A stretch of DNA of 64,000 bases from Puniceicoccales bacterium (GTDB taxonomy: Bacteria > Verrucomicrobiota > Verrucomicrobiia > Opitutales > JAIRLM01): the NCBI GenBank assembly GCA_031268795.1, contig JAIRWT010000001.1, positions 890 through 64,889 of the forward strand, given 5' to 3'. The notes beneath the pieces are model-generated. The model searched no databases, was not told the origin of the DNA, and worked only from the letters and a program-made list of their open reading frames with translations. A program made the translations under genes and the position numbers. Below, piece by piece: positions 1-12,900 of this stretch (position 1 is its first letter; each line of letters opens with the position of its first letter).

Positions 1-931
1 TTTCCGGCCAAAATCCGAAGTGCGAATGTTAGCTGATCTTCATTCCGGCAAAGAACATACGCCAACCATGGGTGGAATCGTCTTTGTCTCCGGTACCGTT
101 TTCTTTTCAATTATTTTTGCCGAACATAATCTTTCACTGTGGGTAAGTTTAGGCACATTTTTGAGCTTCGCCATTTTGGGGATTTGTGACGACATGCGTA
201 AAATCGTTTTACGGAATAGCCGAGGACTTTCAAAGCGCACAAAATTTTTATTTCAGGCACTCATTTGCGGTGGCGTGCTTACTTCAATTGCCTGGAATGC
301 GCCGGATTACTTCAGTCGCCTACATGAACTATGGATTCCGCTGATGCGCGCCCCACTTTGGCCAAGTTTGCCTCCGGTGTTACTTTTCGGATTTTTATTT
401 CTCATCATTTCCGGCGCAAGTAATGCAGTTAATCTCACCGACGGATTGGACGGGCTTGCGACGATATGCGGCATCATTGCCAGCTTGACCCTTACGGTAA
501 TTATTGCATCCGGAGCAAACCATCCAACGCATTTGCCCATCGATCCACAGCCATTAGCGGTTATTCTTGCTTCGCTCTCCGGAGCGCTATTGGCGTTTTT
601 GTGGTGCAACACAAATCCGGCGCGAATATTTATGGGCGATACCGGATCTTTGGCCATTGGTGGACTTTTGGGAATCGTTGCTTTTCTTATTTTGCAGCCA
701 TTCATATTGGTCATTGTCGGCGGAGTTTTCGCCCTCGAGGCGGTATCCGTTATTTTGCAAATTTACTTTTTTAAATTTACCCGCGGCCGACGAATCTTTC
801 GCATGGCACCCCTACATCATCACTTTGAAATTAGCGGATGGAAAGAACAGCAGATTGTTATGCGATTTGGAATATTGTCCACCCTGTGTGCCATTGGAGG
901 TATAATCCTATCGCGCAGTTTTCCCCTGTGA
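1..931 (+). CDS. mraY: Phospho-N-acetylmuramoyl-pentapeptide transferase MraY (5' end outside window)
   Basis: Frame is open back to nt 2 with no stop. MraY hallmarks present: KEHTPTMGGIVF, NAVNLTDGLDGLA, MGDTGSLAIGG, APLHHHFE. Multi-pass hydrophobic profile. Confidence 0.9.
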   Translation, partial: FRPKSEVRMLADLHSGKEHTPTMGGIVFVSGTVFFSIIFAEHNLSLWVSLGTFLSFAILGICDDMRKIVLRNSRGLSKRTKFLFQALICGGVLTSIAWNAPDYFSRLHELWIPLMRAPLWPSLPPVLLFGFLFLIISGASNAVNLTDGLDGLATICGIIASLTLTVIIASGANHPTHLPIDPQPLAVILASLSGALLAFLWCNTNPARIFMGDTGSLAIGGLLGIVAFLILQPFILVIVGGVFALEAVSVILQIYFFKFTRGRRIFRMAPLHHHFEISGWKEQQIVMRFGILSTLCAIGGIILSRSFPL

Positions 932-939
932 CATGAAAT

Positions 940-2112
940 TTATCCACGCCGTTTGAATTTTTCATATGGAATTCTTCGGATCCGGGCAACAAATCGGCGG
1001 GATACTTTTACGCCAAAGTTTTTCCAGATGAGGTCAGCCATTTTCTGATCACTGAGTAAAATGTTTCTCCAAGACTTTTCTACAATGCATTTCATAAGAT
1101 GGCCGATATAAAGCCGAGACGTTGACAAATCGCCGGGCAAAAAATCCGCAAGCGGAAAGCTTCCATGCGGCGTGTGGACATACTTGTTTGCCAGCGTCCT
1201 CGAGACCGTTGACGGCGCTAAGGCAAGTTCTTCGGAAATTTTTTTTTGCGTCATGGAACCAATAGCTTGTATGCCATGCAGTAGGAATGGCATTTGATGA
1301 GTAAAAATTTGCTCGCACACTCGCTGCAAGGTCGATTCCCGTAAGGCAATCGCCATCCGCAGGGCGTAAAAATTTTTCCTTTCCGGCGCAAGTACTCCAA
1401 AGGCCAACGAATCGGAAAAATCCCGTGGAACATTCACTTTTAAGGTCCCACCCACAATGGATGCGTAAACATCCGGAAGTGCCGAACATTTAATCGTCTC
1501 ATCGTCCGCCGGCCACGGCGTCATTTTAACCACTCCACTGCGAAGATAATTTAGGCATTCCTCATCAAGCTGCCGATGGACGCGACGTATGACTTGGATA
1601 AAACCCATCGCTTGTCCCGATCGTTGAACCTTGGAAAAAAGTTGAAATATTTTTCTGGGGATTTGGTTTTCGCGCTCTTCAATTATCAACGAAAGTTGAA
1701 ATAGGAGAAATTCCACGAAATGCAAACTTCCGACACCTGAATTTTCGAAATTCCGTAGATCATGGCGCACGCATTGAATTTCATTTTCTGGGATCTGCAA
1801 CCGCGTGGCAATGGTAGCCGGAGAATCCGCTAAAAATCCATATTCATTCAAATTGCCAATAAGTTCGCTCAAAATCGTCTCCTGCTGATGATTATATCCA
1901 TGATTGAAACGCATTTCTTCCAGTAATTTGGCTTCCCTGGATTTTTCCAATGCAACCCACTCGAACGAATTCATCCCTCCGTCGTTGGAATGGATATATT
2001 CCAAGGTGTTGGCCAATAGACGCCATCGAGGCAGGGACAAAATTTCTAAACGCTGCTTTAGTCGTATGGAAGGCCTCTGTTTGAGTGTCGGGCGGTTAAG
2101 CAATTTGGGCAT
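940..2112 (-). CDS. rpoN: RNA polymerase sigma-54 factor (short form, 390 aa)
   Basis: N-terminal Leu/Gln/Arg region-I-like segment. HTH-like MTQKKISEELALAPSTVSRTLANKY. C-terminal RpoN-box-like VSRRFVARIRR. Shorter than typical sigma-54 proteins. Confidence 0.75.
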   Translation of the reverse strand: MPKLLNRPTLKQRPSIRLKQRLEILSLPRWRLLANTLEYIHSNDGGMNSFEWVALEKSREAKLLEEMRFNHGYNHQQETILSELIGNLNEYGFLADSPATIATRLQIPENEIQCVRHDLRNFENSGVGSLHFVEFLLFQLSLIIEERENQIPRKIFQLFSKVQRSGQAMGFIQVIRRVHRQLDEECLNYLRSGVVKMTPWPADDETIKCSALPDVYASIVGGTLKVNVPRDFSDSLAFGVLAPERKNFYALRMAIALRESTLQRVCEQIFTHQMPFLLHGIQAIGSMTQKKISEELALAPSTVSRTLANKYVHTPHGSFPLADFLPGDLSTSRLYIGHLMKCIVEKSWRNILLSDQKMADLIWKNFGVKVSRRFVARIRRIPYEKFKRRG

Positions 2113-2142
2113 TTGCCATCAACGGTGGTCATTTTTCTCGCA

Positions 2143-2787
2143 TTAGAAAAGACTTCCCTGTTGCCGTACCTGAAGGTGATCGCGGGAAAAACTATGGTCC
2201 ATGGCTTGTTGGATAGTAAGGGGAATGGAGATCAATAGGTGTCGCAGAAGCAACGCGCACCCAATGGCATCAAAAAGTGCACAGTGGAAAGTACATCGGC
2301 CGGATGGACACATTTTGTGCGCCAATGCTAGCATTTCATCCCCAAGGGTAAGGGATTCTATCGCATCCCGCAGAGTGTGTGTTTTAAATTGCGGAAAGTA
2401 TCGGCGGCAGAGTACAAATGTGTCAATGCACGGGCCCCAGGAAAGCCCGTGGAACGGAATTATTTCCTTTGAAAAATTTGGAACAAAACCGGGCGATGGC
2501 CAGGTGTTTCGCAGCAGAGAAAGCTCAACTTGCGAATGATGCGCGGCAAAAACTCCCCTCTTCCGCAGAGACTTAAAAAGCTGAAAATATTCCTGGAATG
2601 GTTTGCCGTCGTTAATCGGCTGCATCGATTTTTGAGATCTTTTTAAAAAAAATGATGTCTCGGCTGGAATGGCACAAAATTCCGTCAGAGGGTTCATTAT
2701 TCCTTTTTGCGCGAGCTGAACGAGCCCAAACTCCCAAACGCCATCCCTGGTTGTTCCCTCGAAATCTAGGGCAAAAATTTCTGGCAT
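2143..2787 (-). CDS. DEDDh-type 3'-5' exonuclease (DnaQ/epsilon-like domain protein)
   Basis: Exo I-like FALDFEGT, Exo II-like AAHHSQVELSLL, Exo III-like HCALFDAIGCALLL (H-x4-D). Confidence 0.6.
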   Translation of the reverse strand: MPEIFALDFEGTTRDGVWEFGLVQLAQKGIMNPLTEFCAIPAETSFFLKRSQKSMQPINDGKPFQEYFQLFKSLRKRGVFAAHHSQVELSLLRNTWPSPGFVPNFSKEIIPFHGLSWGPCIDTFVLCRRYFPQFKTHTLRDAIESLTLGDEMLALAHKMCPSGRCTFHCALFDAIGCALLLRHLLISIPLTIQQAMDHSFSRDHLQVRQQGSLF

Positions 2788-2794
2788 GCCAATG

Positions 2795-2870
2795 TGGTGG
2801 AGCTGATCGGGATCGAACCGACGACCTCATCATTGCGAACGATGCGCTCTACCAACTGAGCTACAACCCC
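2795..2870 (-). tRNA. tRNA-Ala (anticodon CGC), CCA encoded
   Basis: Reverse complement is GGGGTTGTAGCTCAGTTGGTAGAGCGCATCGTTCGCAATGATGAGGTCGTCGGTTCGATCCCGATCAGCTCCACCA. It folds by hand into a cloverleaf with a 7-bp acceptor stem carrying the G3:U70 Ala identity pair, anticodon stem CATCG/TGATG, loop TTCGCAA (anticodon CGC) and T-arm GGTTCGATCC. Confidence 0.92.
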
Positions 2871-2988
2871 AAACCTCACCGCGATCTGAATGGCATTGGC
2901 CCCTTCCGTCAAGTGATTTTGGTCGGTTTTGCAGGCATGAGGAGTAATTTCCACTTTCGTTTGTGGCGCATTCATTTACAATAATGTC

Positions 2989-3840
2989 ATGGAAAATGTT
3001 CTCGTGTGCGTCGATGGTTCAACACATGCCATAAGCTGCTGTGCCCATGCACTTGCACTTGCCAAAATAGGCGGTGCCCACGTGGATGTGCTCTATGCCA
3101 GCGACATACGCTCATTTGAGTCGTGCATGGTCAATGAATTTGATTCGGACGGATACACCCCCGAGGCCGTCGGACATTTACGTGCCTTGGAAGAGTTAAA
3201 GGCCAAGCGCATCGAAAAAAATGTTCGGAATATTTTTCGAAGTGGTGATTACGGGGATCACGTGGATTTTCACCACCTACATGGATTTATTTTGGATATT
3301 ATTGGTGAATTCGCCCAAAATACACGAGGCGTTGATCTTCTTGTTGTCGGCCGGCGAGGGGAGCACTCCGGCAGTTTCAAAGAACACATTGGCAGTACAG
3401 CCGAACGCATCATCAAGGCTTCCATGATGCCCTGCCTGGTGGCGGCGGAAAAATATATGCCAATTAATTGCATAATGATTGCCTATGATGGAAGTGAACA
3501 CTCCGAAGCAGCCGTACGCAGCTTGTTAGCCCTCGGAACAATTCCGTACGGCGAAGTTCATTTGGTAACCGTCGAAGCGGAAAACGCCCCATCCCTAGAG
3601 GCGGCACACCTGGAAAAAGTTTGCCAGTCATTAGGAAATACAAACATTGAGATAATTACAGCCAGACTGAGTGGGCGGGTGGATGAGGCCATCGTTCGAT
3701 ACATTGAGGTACATTCCATCGACACGCTTGTCATGGGCGCATATGGCAGATCCGGCATTCGTCATTTTTTTGTTGGGTCTAATACGGCTAAAATTCTTGC
3801 CAGCACAGGCATAACCGCCATCGTGTGCCGCTGTTCTTGA
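2989..3840 (+). CDS. Universal stress protein, tandem Usp domains
   Basis: Two Usp-like halves: VLVCVDGSTHA...LLVVGRRGEHS...GSTAERIIKASMMPCLV and IMIAYDGSEHS...TLVMGAYGRSGIRHFFVGSNTAKIL. Confidence 0.8.
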   Translation: MENVLVCVDGSTHAISCCAHALALAKIGGAHVDVLYASDIRSFESCMVNEFDSDGYTPEAVGHLRALEELKAKRIEKNVRNIFRSGDYGDHVDFHHLHGFILDIIGEFAQNTRGVDLLVVGRRGEHSGSFKEHIGSTAERIIKASMMPCLVAAEKYMPINCIMIAYDGSEHSEAAVRSLLALGTIPYGEVHLVTVEAENAPSLEAAHLEKVCQSLGNTNIEIITARLSGRVDEAIVRYIEVHSIDTLVMGAYGRSGIRHFFVGSNTAKILASTGITAIVCRCS

Positions 3841-3886
3841 GCATTTGAAGTCTAGCAATTTGCGAATAGCGGCAACCGTATTTCAT

Positions 3887-3908
3887 GTGGCGAGGCTTTT
3901 TTCGCCAC
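3887..3908. terminator. Hairpin between the convergent usp gene and the giant ORF (possible bidirectional terminator)
   Basis: GTGGCGA-GGCTTTTT-TCGCCAC: perfect 7-bp inverted repeat with a T/A-rich loop. No clean U-tract follows on either strand. Confidence 0.3.
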
Positions 3909-3918
3909 AACTGGTCGA

Positions 3919-6900
3919 TTATGCACCAGCAGCACTGCCTATATAGCTGGAAACCCATGAACTGTCTTGTGTTTTTGATCCAAGGAATCCTATGAGTGCA
4001 TCACGCTGCGGTTCGTCATGGGTAATACCTAAAAATAATGTTCTGATATTTCCATCAGCATTGAGGGCCTCGACGTTAATGGTTCCATTATAAATTTGCA
4101 TATATAAAGCGAATCGCTTTAAGTCGCCCTCGCTCACATCTGCCATTGGATTATCTTCCGGCGCAAATCTGTCATCGGGCTTACCCCTTGTATCAATAAT
4201 TCGAGCATCTTTCAATGCTCCATCCATGATCATTTCTCCATAGTCATCAACCTCGCTCGGAGTTAATAGCATACCTTTCATTTTCCCGGCGGAATCCTTA
4301 TATACCAACATGCGCTGCGCACTGCGTGAATAGTTGGATGATGGATCATTTTTGCCTTCGAATGCATGCATAAACTGTTCACTTGCACAAAACTCAGACG
4401 GAAAAATATTCACACTCCTCCCGGTAAATCCGGCTGTTTGCCCCGATTGCTCCGTAAGCCATTCGTTGATGGACATAGATCCGGTGGTTGGAGTACAAGT
4501 CTTTTTTTCCACACTTTCATCCTCATCTTCCGGATCTCCAATAGCAGTTGGGCACACAACTAAAGCATCGGCCCTTTGGCCGCCAATTTGGACAAGATAT
4601 TTTTTTACATCTTGTGCCGCAGCAAGAAGCGGATCAAAAAGTGGCCCTTTGGCTATGCGTAAAACAGAAGCTAGGCCATCCACAAGAAACTTATATTCAT
4701 CGGACGCACCAGGAATATCGAACTCGGCCACAGTTTTAATAAAATCAGCAAACCCTCCAACTATGATATCGGCAAATTCCGACGCTTTTTTCATGTCATA
4801 CATTCCCGTTTTGGGGTTCCTACAACTTTCCAAAATAGCTTTTGCCAGCATTTCTTTGGCGGCCTCGCTGGCATCCGGAGGAAGAGTAAGTCTACATGCA
4901 ACCTGAAATACGGTAATCATTGCTTGCGCCTCCTGGGGAACAAAAAAATTCCCCAAAAGTTTAGCCAGATCTTTTTCAATCCACTTTAAAATTTTTTGCT
5001 TTCGCACTGCATCTAGCCGGGTAACATATTTTTTCTCTGTAATACTGCGCAACATTGTCGGGAGAAGCACAACTAGTCCTGCCAGGTCTTGCCCGCCGGA
5101 TAAGAAAGCTTGCGCAGTGCCCCCTATCAAATTGAACACTCCGCCAGCGGCGGAGGTGATACTACTAGCCTCTTGCCCATCCTCGAGATATATATTTAAA
5201 AGACCAATTATTCCATTTAATAACCCGTAGGCGTTGGATTGTACTTTCTCCAAAAGACCCCTACCCACATTTTCTGGATCGGTTTGAAGATCTTTAAATG
5301 AGGTTAATCTTTCATCGCTGGGCGTTTCTTCATCATCCGCCATGTCGGGATGATCAGCTTTCGCACTTTCGATTAATTTATCGATCGCATTTGAGCATTT
5401 TTCGAAACATCCGAAAGTTTTAGTTATCTGTTCCTTGGAATAACCCAATGCGATTGCCGCATTTATCCATGCCATTTGGGCGGATTCATCTTCGCCAAAA
5501 TAGCGGATTTTTTCTTCAGTCGGAATGCCCTGGAACCATTCCAGCACACTTTCCTTTTCCGGATTTTCATTTTCTTCAACCTCATGCTTCGGAGTCTTGA
5601 GGGTGCGGGTCACGGCTTTCGCCAGCGCATCCATTTCATTTATAATCTTTTCCGGAGGAACGCCGAAACCGAGCGCATCCTTGCGCACAGTGTCGAAAAA
5701 TTTACCTGGAACTTTTTCGGCCTCTCCTCCTGTAGTGGGTGAATCCCTTTTCGATAATGGCGTGCAACATCTTTCTCTACAGTCTGAGAAGTCATCACCG
5801 GACATCAAATTTCCCAGAAGTAAAGCCAGTTTACCTACCCTAAATGTCTCACCAACTGTAAGCTCGCCGAGAAAACCAGAAAGCAATTTCTTCATGAAAA
5901 CACCCCCCGATCTGCTTTCCACATGGCCAGCTGCCCGCCGATGTCGATCGACAAGGGAATCACCCAATGACTTTAGTGCACTGGCGGAATCGTTTTGCGA
6001 AGAAACTTCCATCTGCTGCTCGGCTTCAGTCTCGGTTTCCGCTTCCGCCTGAGTTTCCACCTCCGCGCCCACATCGACGGCCGCACCGCCAATAACCATT
6101 TTGACACCTGCTAATTGATGACTGGCGGTTTCCATGATAAATTCCGTCTCTCTCAGGAACTTTCGGGAAAGCCCACATCCCACCAAGGATGCAGCAGTTT
6201 TTTTACGCATTTCCACAATATGGCCATAAGCGTCAGCTTCATTTTTTGTCGCACCATACCAACCGACCGGATCAAAGCGTGCATCCGTGAGACATGCGTC
6301 GGCACATTCTTTTTGCAAAGCCTCGAACCTACGCAGCCAATATGATGGAACAAATGGTGAATTGCCGTGATCAATGGCCCATTTATTTTCTTTATAATAT
6401 TGTTCCTGTCTTAGCTCAAGGAGTATCCGTTTTTTTTCTATTATTTGTGCGGTGACTGCCCCAACTTTGCGAGCGTTCAACAGGCTGTCCTGATTTGCTT
6501 CAACGGACTCAAAGCACTGTAAAAATTGTGCTTCATGCTCCTCGGCACCTTCTAGCTCTGTCATTCCATCGGTCGCTTGTCCAACCTGGCAAACATCAGC
6601 CGATTGACCGTCCCAAAAACCACGTAAGCGCAATACCCCCTGAAGAAAATTGGAAATAAGCGTTTTCCCCGGATCCGCGGTTACAAGCCCGCGGCCACTT
6701 TGTGGCAACTTGAAATCCACACCGGTGGTCTTATTTTGGTCAAAATAAACAAATAACTCCTCCCGCGTTATTCCGGCCTCTTTCAGGACAGTTCCCTCCT
6801 GATTATTTGATAATTTAATCGGCGGTGAGTTTGGATCTCGCGGCATAACCCACCAATCGCTTTTTCCCGTATTTGGGTCCACTTCGAAGAATGCAAATCC

Positions 6901-9900
6901 TTTGAATGGGGAATTGCTCTTACTTGCGCAATAATCACGCGTCTGTCGTGCAACTTCGCGATTGCGAAGATGCTTGAAGGCGCCGGCGACGTCTATCAGT
7001 GCGCAAGTGGCTTGACTATCATTGCCATGGGCCTTGGCCTGCGCATCCAACATTTGCGCGACCGTACTACCATCCCCCTTTCCATTAAACACAACCGAAT
7101 TCCCCGCCTTCATGTCACTTGCCCATTTGCTACAAATTTGCATATTGGTACTTGTATCCAACATGGAGTTACCCGGACGTTGGAATCCAGCACTTAGAAT
7201 GTCAAGATTCCACGGCGTTCCCGAATCGGCGATAACCGTTTTCGTGAGGTGCATTTGATTATATCCTGTCCCCTCCAGCATGCCAGGATAGAACATGAAG
7301 TCGTCCCTAGTAAGTGCGCATACAAGGCTGCTACGGTCGGAAGTTCCTGCTCCCTTGGCAAAAATTGCTACTAACTTACTATAGGCATCTTTGATTAATT
7401 TTTCCCCTAGTTGTGGGGAAGCGGAATTTTTTAATTCCTCGGCCCGCTCGGCAAAAGTCTCCATATATAACTCTAGATATTTCCGTTCCGGCGAATCTGG
7501 CTTTTGGATGGCTTTTTGAATAAAATCTCGGAATTTTATATCCAGTGGTGTTCCATCGCCAAAATTTGGCGTGTGCGATAACATATATGCATGATTCGTA
7601 TAAACCGACAACTCAATCGGATGGGCATAATCTCCAGAAGAAGGTGTATTCGCACTAGAATAGGGCACAACTTTAACCAGTTTTCCCTCAATTATGCGAA
7701 ACCCGTAATTCCCCAAATACGATTTTCGAGAAGCGTAGCGTTCCGTGGTAATCAGTCCTCGCAGCATGCAAAGTCTTTCCAGCAATTCTGGATTTTCACC
7801 AGCAAGCCTAGCCCTCGCCAGGTCCCATTGCACGCGAAACTCTGCATCATCCTTGGCCCGATTTGCGTCAGGCGCATCGTCGCAGCAAATAAATCTCCTA
7901 TATAGCTCTCTGTTCGCATCATCGGCGGGAATTCCAAAGTCATCCAACATGCCCATGGCAATGTGGCTAAGCGAATCTTCGCTGATGCCTGTACCGCTGC
8001 GTATGGCGCTTTTAATTTCGTCATTGCCATCGATGCGTTGGAAAAATCTGCTGTTGCATTCCGCTTGTACCGAAGAAAATGTCTGCCTTTTGCCATTCGG
8101 AATATTTACACTAAAAGTTGGATCCAAATTGGCATGCACCTCATCACAGATCATTACACAATTTTCTTTGATGAAGCCCAGTACCTCTTCAAATTTATTA
8201 AGCCTCTCCTCGAGTTTCCTTATTTTTCCACGTATGCCGATACGATCATCCTTGCTAATGCCCGGTTCGTCACGCGCGATACGTGCGTCCCGCAAGCCAA
8301 TGATCGCGCTACGTCGCTCAAGACTGATTCCTCGTAGTAATGTACTTGGAATAGTAACACATGCGCCAGTTTCTTTGGCGCGTTTGAGTTGACTTAAAAT
8401 ATTATTAGCACCAGCCAATGTGGCCAAGCCACTTAGCGGCATATTAATTTCGATAACCGCTTGGCCAAAACGCACTTCCTGGAGTTTGCGCAAGTCTTTG
8501 GTCATTGTTGCATGCTGTGCTTCGTGGTTGGCGAAAAAGGGAATTTTCCCCGCACCAGCCAATAATCGGGCCAGTTCAGAGAGAACTATCGCCGTTTTCC
8601 CTCCGCCCATCATCAATTGAAATACGAGTTGAACCTCTTCCTGAGTAGCAATCCCGCGCTTAGATTTTTCAAATATATCACTAATTAATTTCACCTGATC
8701 CGGACGCAAGCGAAATTCCGTTTGCGCCTCAAACCACAGGGTGGAGAAATTCCTGCGATCAAAGGCATCATAGGCACGTGCCGCGGCCATGGACTTGATA
8801 AATGCGCCAAAGGATTCCCTGACGGCCAGTATCTTTCCCCGGGTATCGCTCTTTAACCCCTCAATATCCCTGCCAATTGAGGTGGAAAGCGTCTCAATCG
8901 CCGGAAAAAATAATTCCCCATCCGATGCTTCTTGAATGTCGTCAGGATTTAATTCTAAGTCCTGCAATAAACTTGCATTTTGCGTCCTCAATGTAGCAAA
9001 GTGTATCCTATAAGTTTCGATTTCCGAACGAGCATTGCGTATTGTCGCAGCGAATTCATTTGCTTTAGTGTGATAACTTTCAGTGCTCACGTCCATTATC
9101 CTGGTTAATTCGGCTCTTTCCGCTTGTAGAGTTTCAAATTCTTTAATCAATTCGACACTAGCGAGTTTCATAGCATCTAACTCACGCGCAGACTCACGTA
9201 ATTTCGCAAGTTCGAATCTTACCTGCTTGTATGTTATCCTGCCAACACCAAGCATATTAAGAGCGCCCCGAAACATGTTATCTGCAGGCATAATATCGCC
9301 ATCCTCAAGAATGGCGGTGTCCCCGTGGGCCGCTCTCTTCGATACCAATGCGGCTGCAATCTTATCTTCACATGCTTTGATTCCTGATTGCACTTTTTCA
9401 AGGTTTTCACTTTCCACGCATTCAAAAGATTCGGATGGACCTCCCCTGGAAACAATAAATCCTTTGCTCATCATTTCGCGAATGGACTTTTCATTTTTCT
9501 GTAATGTCCTTTCATTTATTTGAAGTTGCGCTTCGATCTCTTGCCGTTCGGCTTGACAGTTTCTTGCAAGGCTATCCTGTTCAGCAACGGCCGTGCGACA
9601 GGCCTTTTCATGGATGCAATAGCTTGTGCTTATGGTTCGCGCCTGTGATATGATGTTCTGCTTTGCCTTAAGTTCGGTAAGTTTAGCAAGTCGACTTTCC
9701 GCGGATTCTGTAGTTGGTGGAGCAATGAGAAGTTGTATTTTCGCTTTGAAATCTTCAAAAGTCCTTAGCCGATTTCTGCATGCACTTAAAGCCGTTTTAC
9801 AGACAAGTTGATCTAGTAAGGCATCAATAAGATCGTCAACTTGTCGCGCGGTAATATATGGATCAAATTCCCTCGCATAGGCCCTCCAAAAAGCATCCCG

Positions 9901-12900
9901 ATCAAAGCAGTTGTCCGTAGAATTATAGCATCTAAACAAAAGCATTTGCAACTTCTCACTTGTCGGCATGGGAAGTGCGCCACTTATTCGCAAAAGTTTC
10001 ACCTGCGGGGTAACACTTAGAAGAATATTTTCTATTATCTCATTTGCTTTGTCAAGTACGCTGGATATGCTTCTTTCATCGGACTTCAAAGATTCTTCCG
10101 CCGCGAATAAATCACTTCGTAATGTTTCCGCTTCTGCGTCGGCAATTGCAAATGTATCCGGGTTTGTAGCATCGATGCCAACAAAGCGCTTGCCAATGGC
10201 ATCCCAGCAAGCATCCGCGTGCGCCGCCGCTGCGGCCGCCTCTCCCCTGCGATATGCACCCAGCCTGCCGGCCAAATCCGTCGAAGCTTCTTCTTCGGCT
10301 GCGGATTCTGCTATACTTGCATCCGCCGGCCTGGTTGCTTCGGTAATTCCCAATCTTTCAAGCGCACTTGCTCCGGCGCTGGCAACGTCAATGGGGTTAT
10401 CCGGATCGCTTGGGTTGCTAAACCGTTCCATACGCACATCCACACCAAGTTGTTTTCGGCTCGAATCTTGCTGCGACGGAATTCTGCCAGCCCTAAGTTG
10501 GCCAGGCGATATCCTTTGCCGTCTGCTTCTTTTGGGCACCTTAGGCAAATGGGCTCTTATATCTTCCGTTGTTTTGGCCGCTTTTTTGGCATTAAGGCGT
10601 TGTTGTTCCTTTTTCCGGAAAAGACTGACTGTAGAGTTGTGTATCCAGCCTGTTGTTTCACTGGTATAATGGGTGCTGGCAATATTCAAAAATTCAATAA
10701 AATCGTTTAAAACTGGCGATTCTGGATTTTCAAATTGCACAGACTTATAAGCATCGATAAAAAGTGTTGCCGCCTGGGAGTGATAAGTGCTAGCATCATC
10801 GGTGAAAAAATCTTTAAACGAGGCATGGTATTGACCTCCACCGGCCGAATTACGCCACATCGGCGCAACTGCACTTGGATACACTAGAGCCATATCAAGA
10901 ATAAGCTCATTTAACAAGCTCCTCGCACCAGGGGCGATATCCATATGTATGGTAGACGCACACCACCCCAGCACAGTATGAACTCGGCCCTTAAGGGCTT
11001 CGCGATCGTCTTGGCCGTAAAGTCTATTCGGGTCTCCGCCTCGTGCCGCTCTGGCATTTCGAAAATATGTTATAAGTGAACGGATGCGATTCTTGCTGTA
11101 TGGGCCAGAAAAAAAATCATCTTTTGAATCGGTTGCATTGGGAGCAATCAAGTCACCGAGCCTAATAACCTCTTGTTCATCGCATGACGCATTTCCTTCC
11201 GAATCCACACGCCCAAAAATGATATCATCGTCTTCTTTTTCCGGTAATGTAATCGTTACGGGCACTTGCTCGCACCGAGGGGAGAATAATGCACTCGGTC
11301 TTCCAGGTAATGTTAATTCTAATGGCTTTTTATCTGAGGCAATGATGAAACCTCCATCACCAGCATTGGCCGCATATCCCGAAAGAATATTTTGAGACAT
11401 CAGGAAGCAATCCGTTTTTTCCCCATCCGAATACAGTTCCAAGCGCCTTTTCCCGGCATCTCCACTTTGTCGAAAGGAAATTCGACATGGGGCCTTTCCT
11501 TTTTCTAGAATGACACGATTAAGCACAACAGCCTCTACGGGTATGCCATCGGCGTTCCGCCCAATTAGGCACTCAGATGGCAAGTCTTTGCATTGTGTGC
11601 CTTGTCCATTTAGTACTAACTCCATTTCCGGATTTTTTGCAGAATAAAACTTCCCGTCTCTCATCAAAAATGCCGGTTCTCTAAAGTTGGCACTAGTATA
11701 GAAGCGGATGACATTATCTTTGTCCAGAAACGCAACAAAGTTACGCTTAAGGTCGTTAAGTGCGGTCGGCTCCCCGACAACGCAAGCGCCTTCGCCAAGA
11801 ATAAACGAATATCTCATAAATTCGCCAGCGTCAGCGTGCGTTGCCTTGCCGGTAACAAGGTCAACGGTTACCTTTCCGTCGATGCATTGAGTTTGCTGAT
11901 TTGGAAATTCCGATCGCCGATTCAATGATAGTGCTATATTTGGTGTTATTTTATCGAGTTGCATCATGAGTGGCGGTAATTGCTTGGATTCAACCGGGAG
12001 TGCACCTTCGCAAAGAAAAACTCCATTGTCGGCGTTAAGTTCTAAACGAAGACCACCGCCAAATGCTGTTTGCATATCGTCCGGCGTAATAAATTCCGCT
12101 GGAGTTTCAATTGCGGAAATAGACTCGATTACACTGATTGGAATAAGCGAATTTTCGCTACCATAGTAACATCGAAAATTGCAATTCTGAATAGGATCGA
12201 ATTTTGCATTAGGAGCCTGCACGCTTCTTGTATTATGGACTTTTTGGCAAAATCCATAACGCGGATTTGCCGTGAGTAAGGCGATGTTTTTGCGCTCTCC
12301 TTCAGAGAGGTGCATACCTTTTCTTTCTTTTAAAGCCGCAATTTGCACCACCATTGCTATTTCGTTGGGATCAATGTTGGCACAGTGGTTCCAACTCCCA
12401 ACAATGGCATCGTTAATCGAACAAAGGCTGTCCGACAAATCCGGTAAATCATCTGCGTCGTTGGCCAGAAGAAGTTCGGTAAGGGCTCGAAGTTGATTTT
12501 TTTTGCTCGCATTCGCTTGGTCTGCTTGCAGATCGTTTGCCAAAGTGTCAGCAAACGCGGCAAGCTTGGCTAGTACAGTTACTTTTGCCTCTGGGGCAAT
12601 TTTAGTAATTACTGCCCGCATATATTGCATGGCTTTTGGGTTGGTGGCATAAGTCGAAAACTCATCTATAATGGCATCGGCAAATAGCGCCATATTTTCA
12701 TTACGCACATACTGCATGAACCTCATGTCCGGACAGTTTTTGATGGCATATTGTTGTTCGCTACCTTTTGGAGATTCTTGTTCATCAAAGAATTTATCAA
12801 TTTCCGCAAAGTCAACATCTGCGCTCGAGCTAACGTCAACGTTGCCAACAGCAAGTTTGCTGAGTTCCTCACGAACACCAGGTTGCTCTGCCGCATTTAT

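Noticed and set aside
2670-2686. Sigma-54 promoter (TGGCAC-N5-TTGC), given that rpoN is present; also TGGCACCAAAATGCA at 49856-49871 and TGGCACGGATGCA near 15020
   Set aside because: All have wrong GG-to-GC spacing or lack the TTGC element. All lie inside coding regions and are not upstream of a suitably oriented gene.
2795-2870. tRNA-Ala as the integration (att) site of the phage block or giant-ORF region
   Set aside because: The tRNA is on the minus strand, so its 3' end faces lower coordinates, away from the phage block. I could not find a direct repeat of the tRNA 3' segment near 25.5 kb or elsewhere in the window. No integrase is present.
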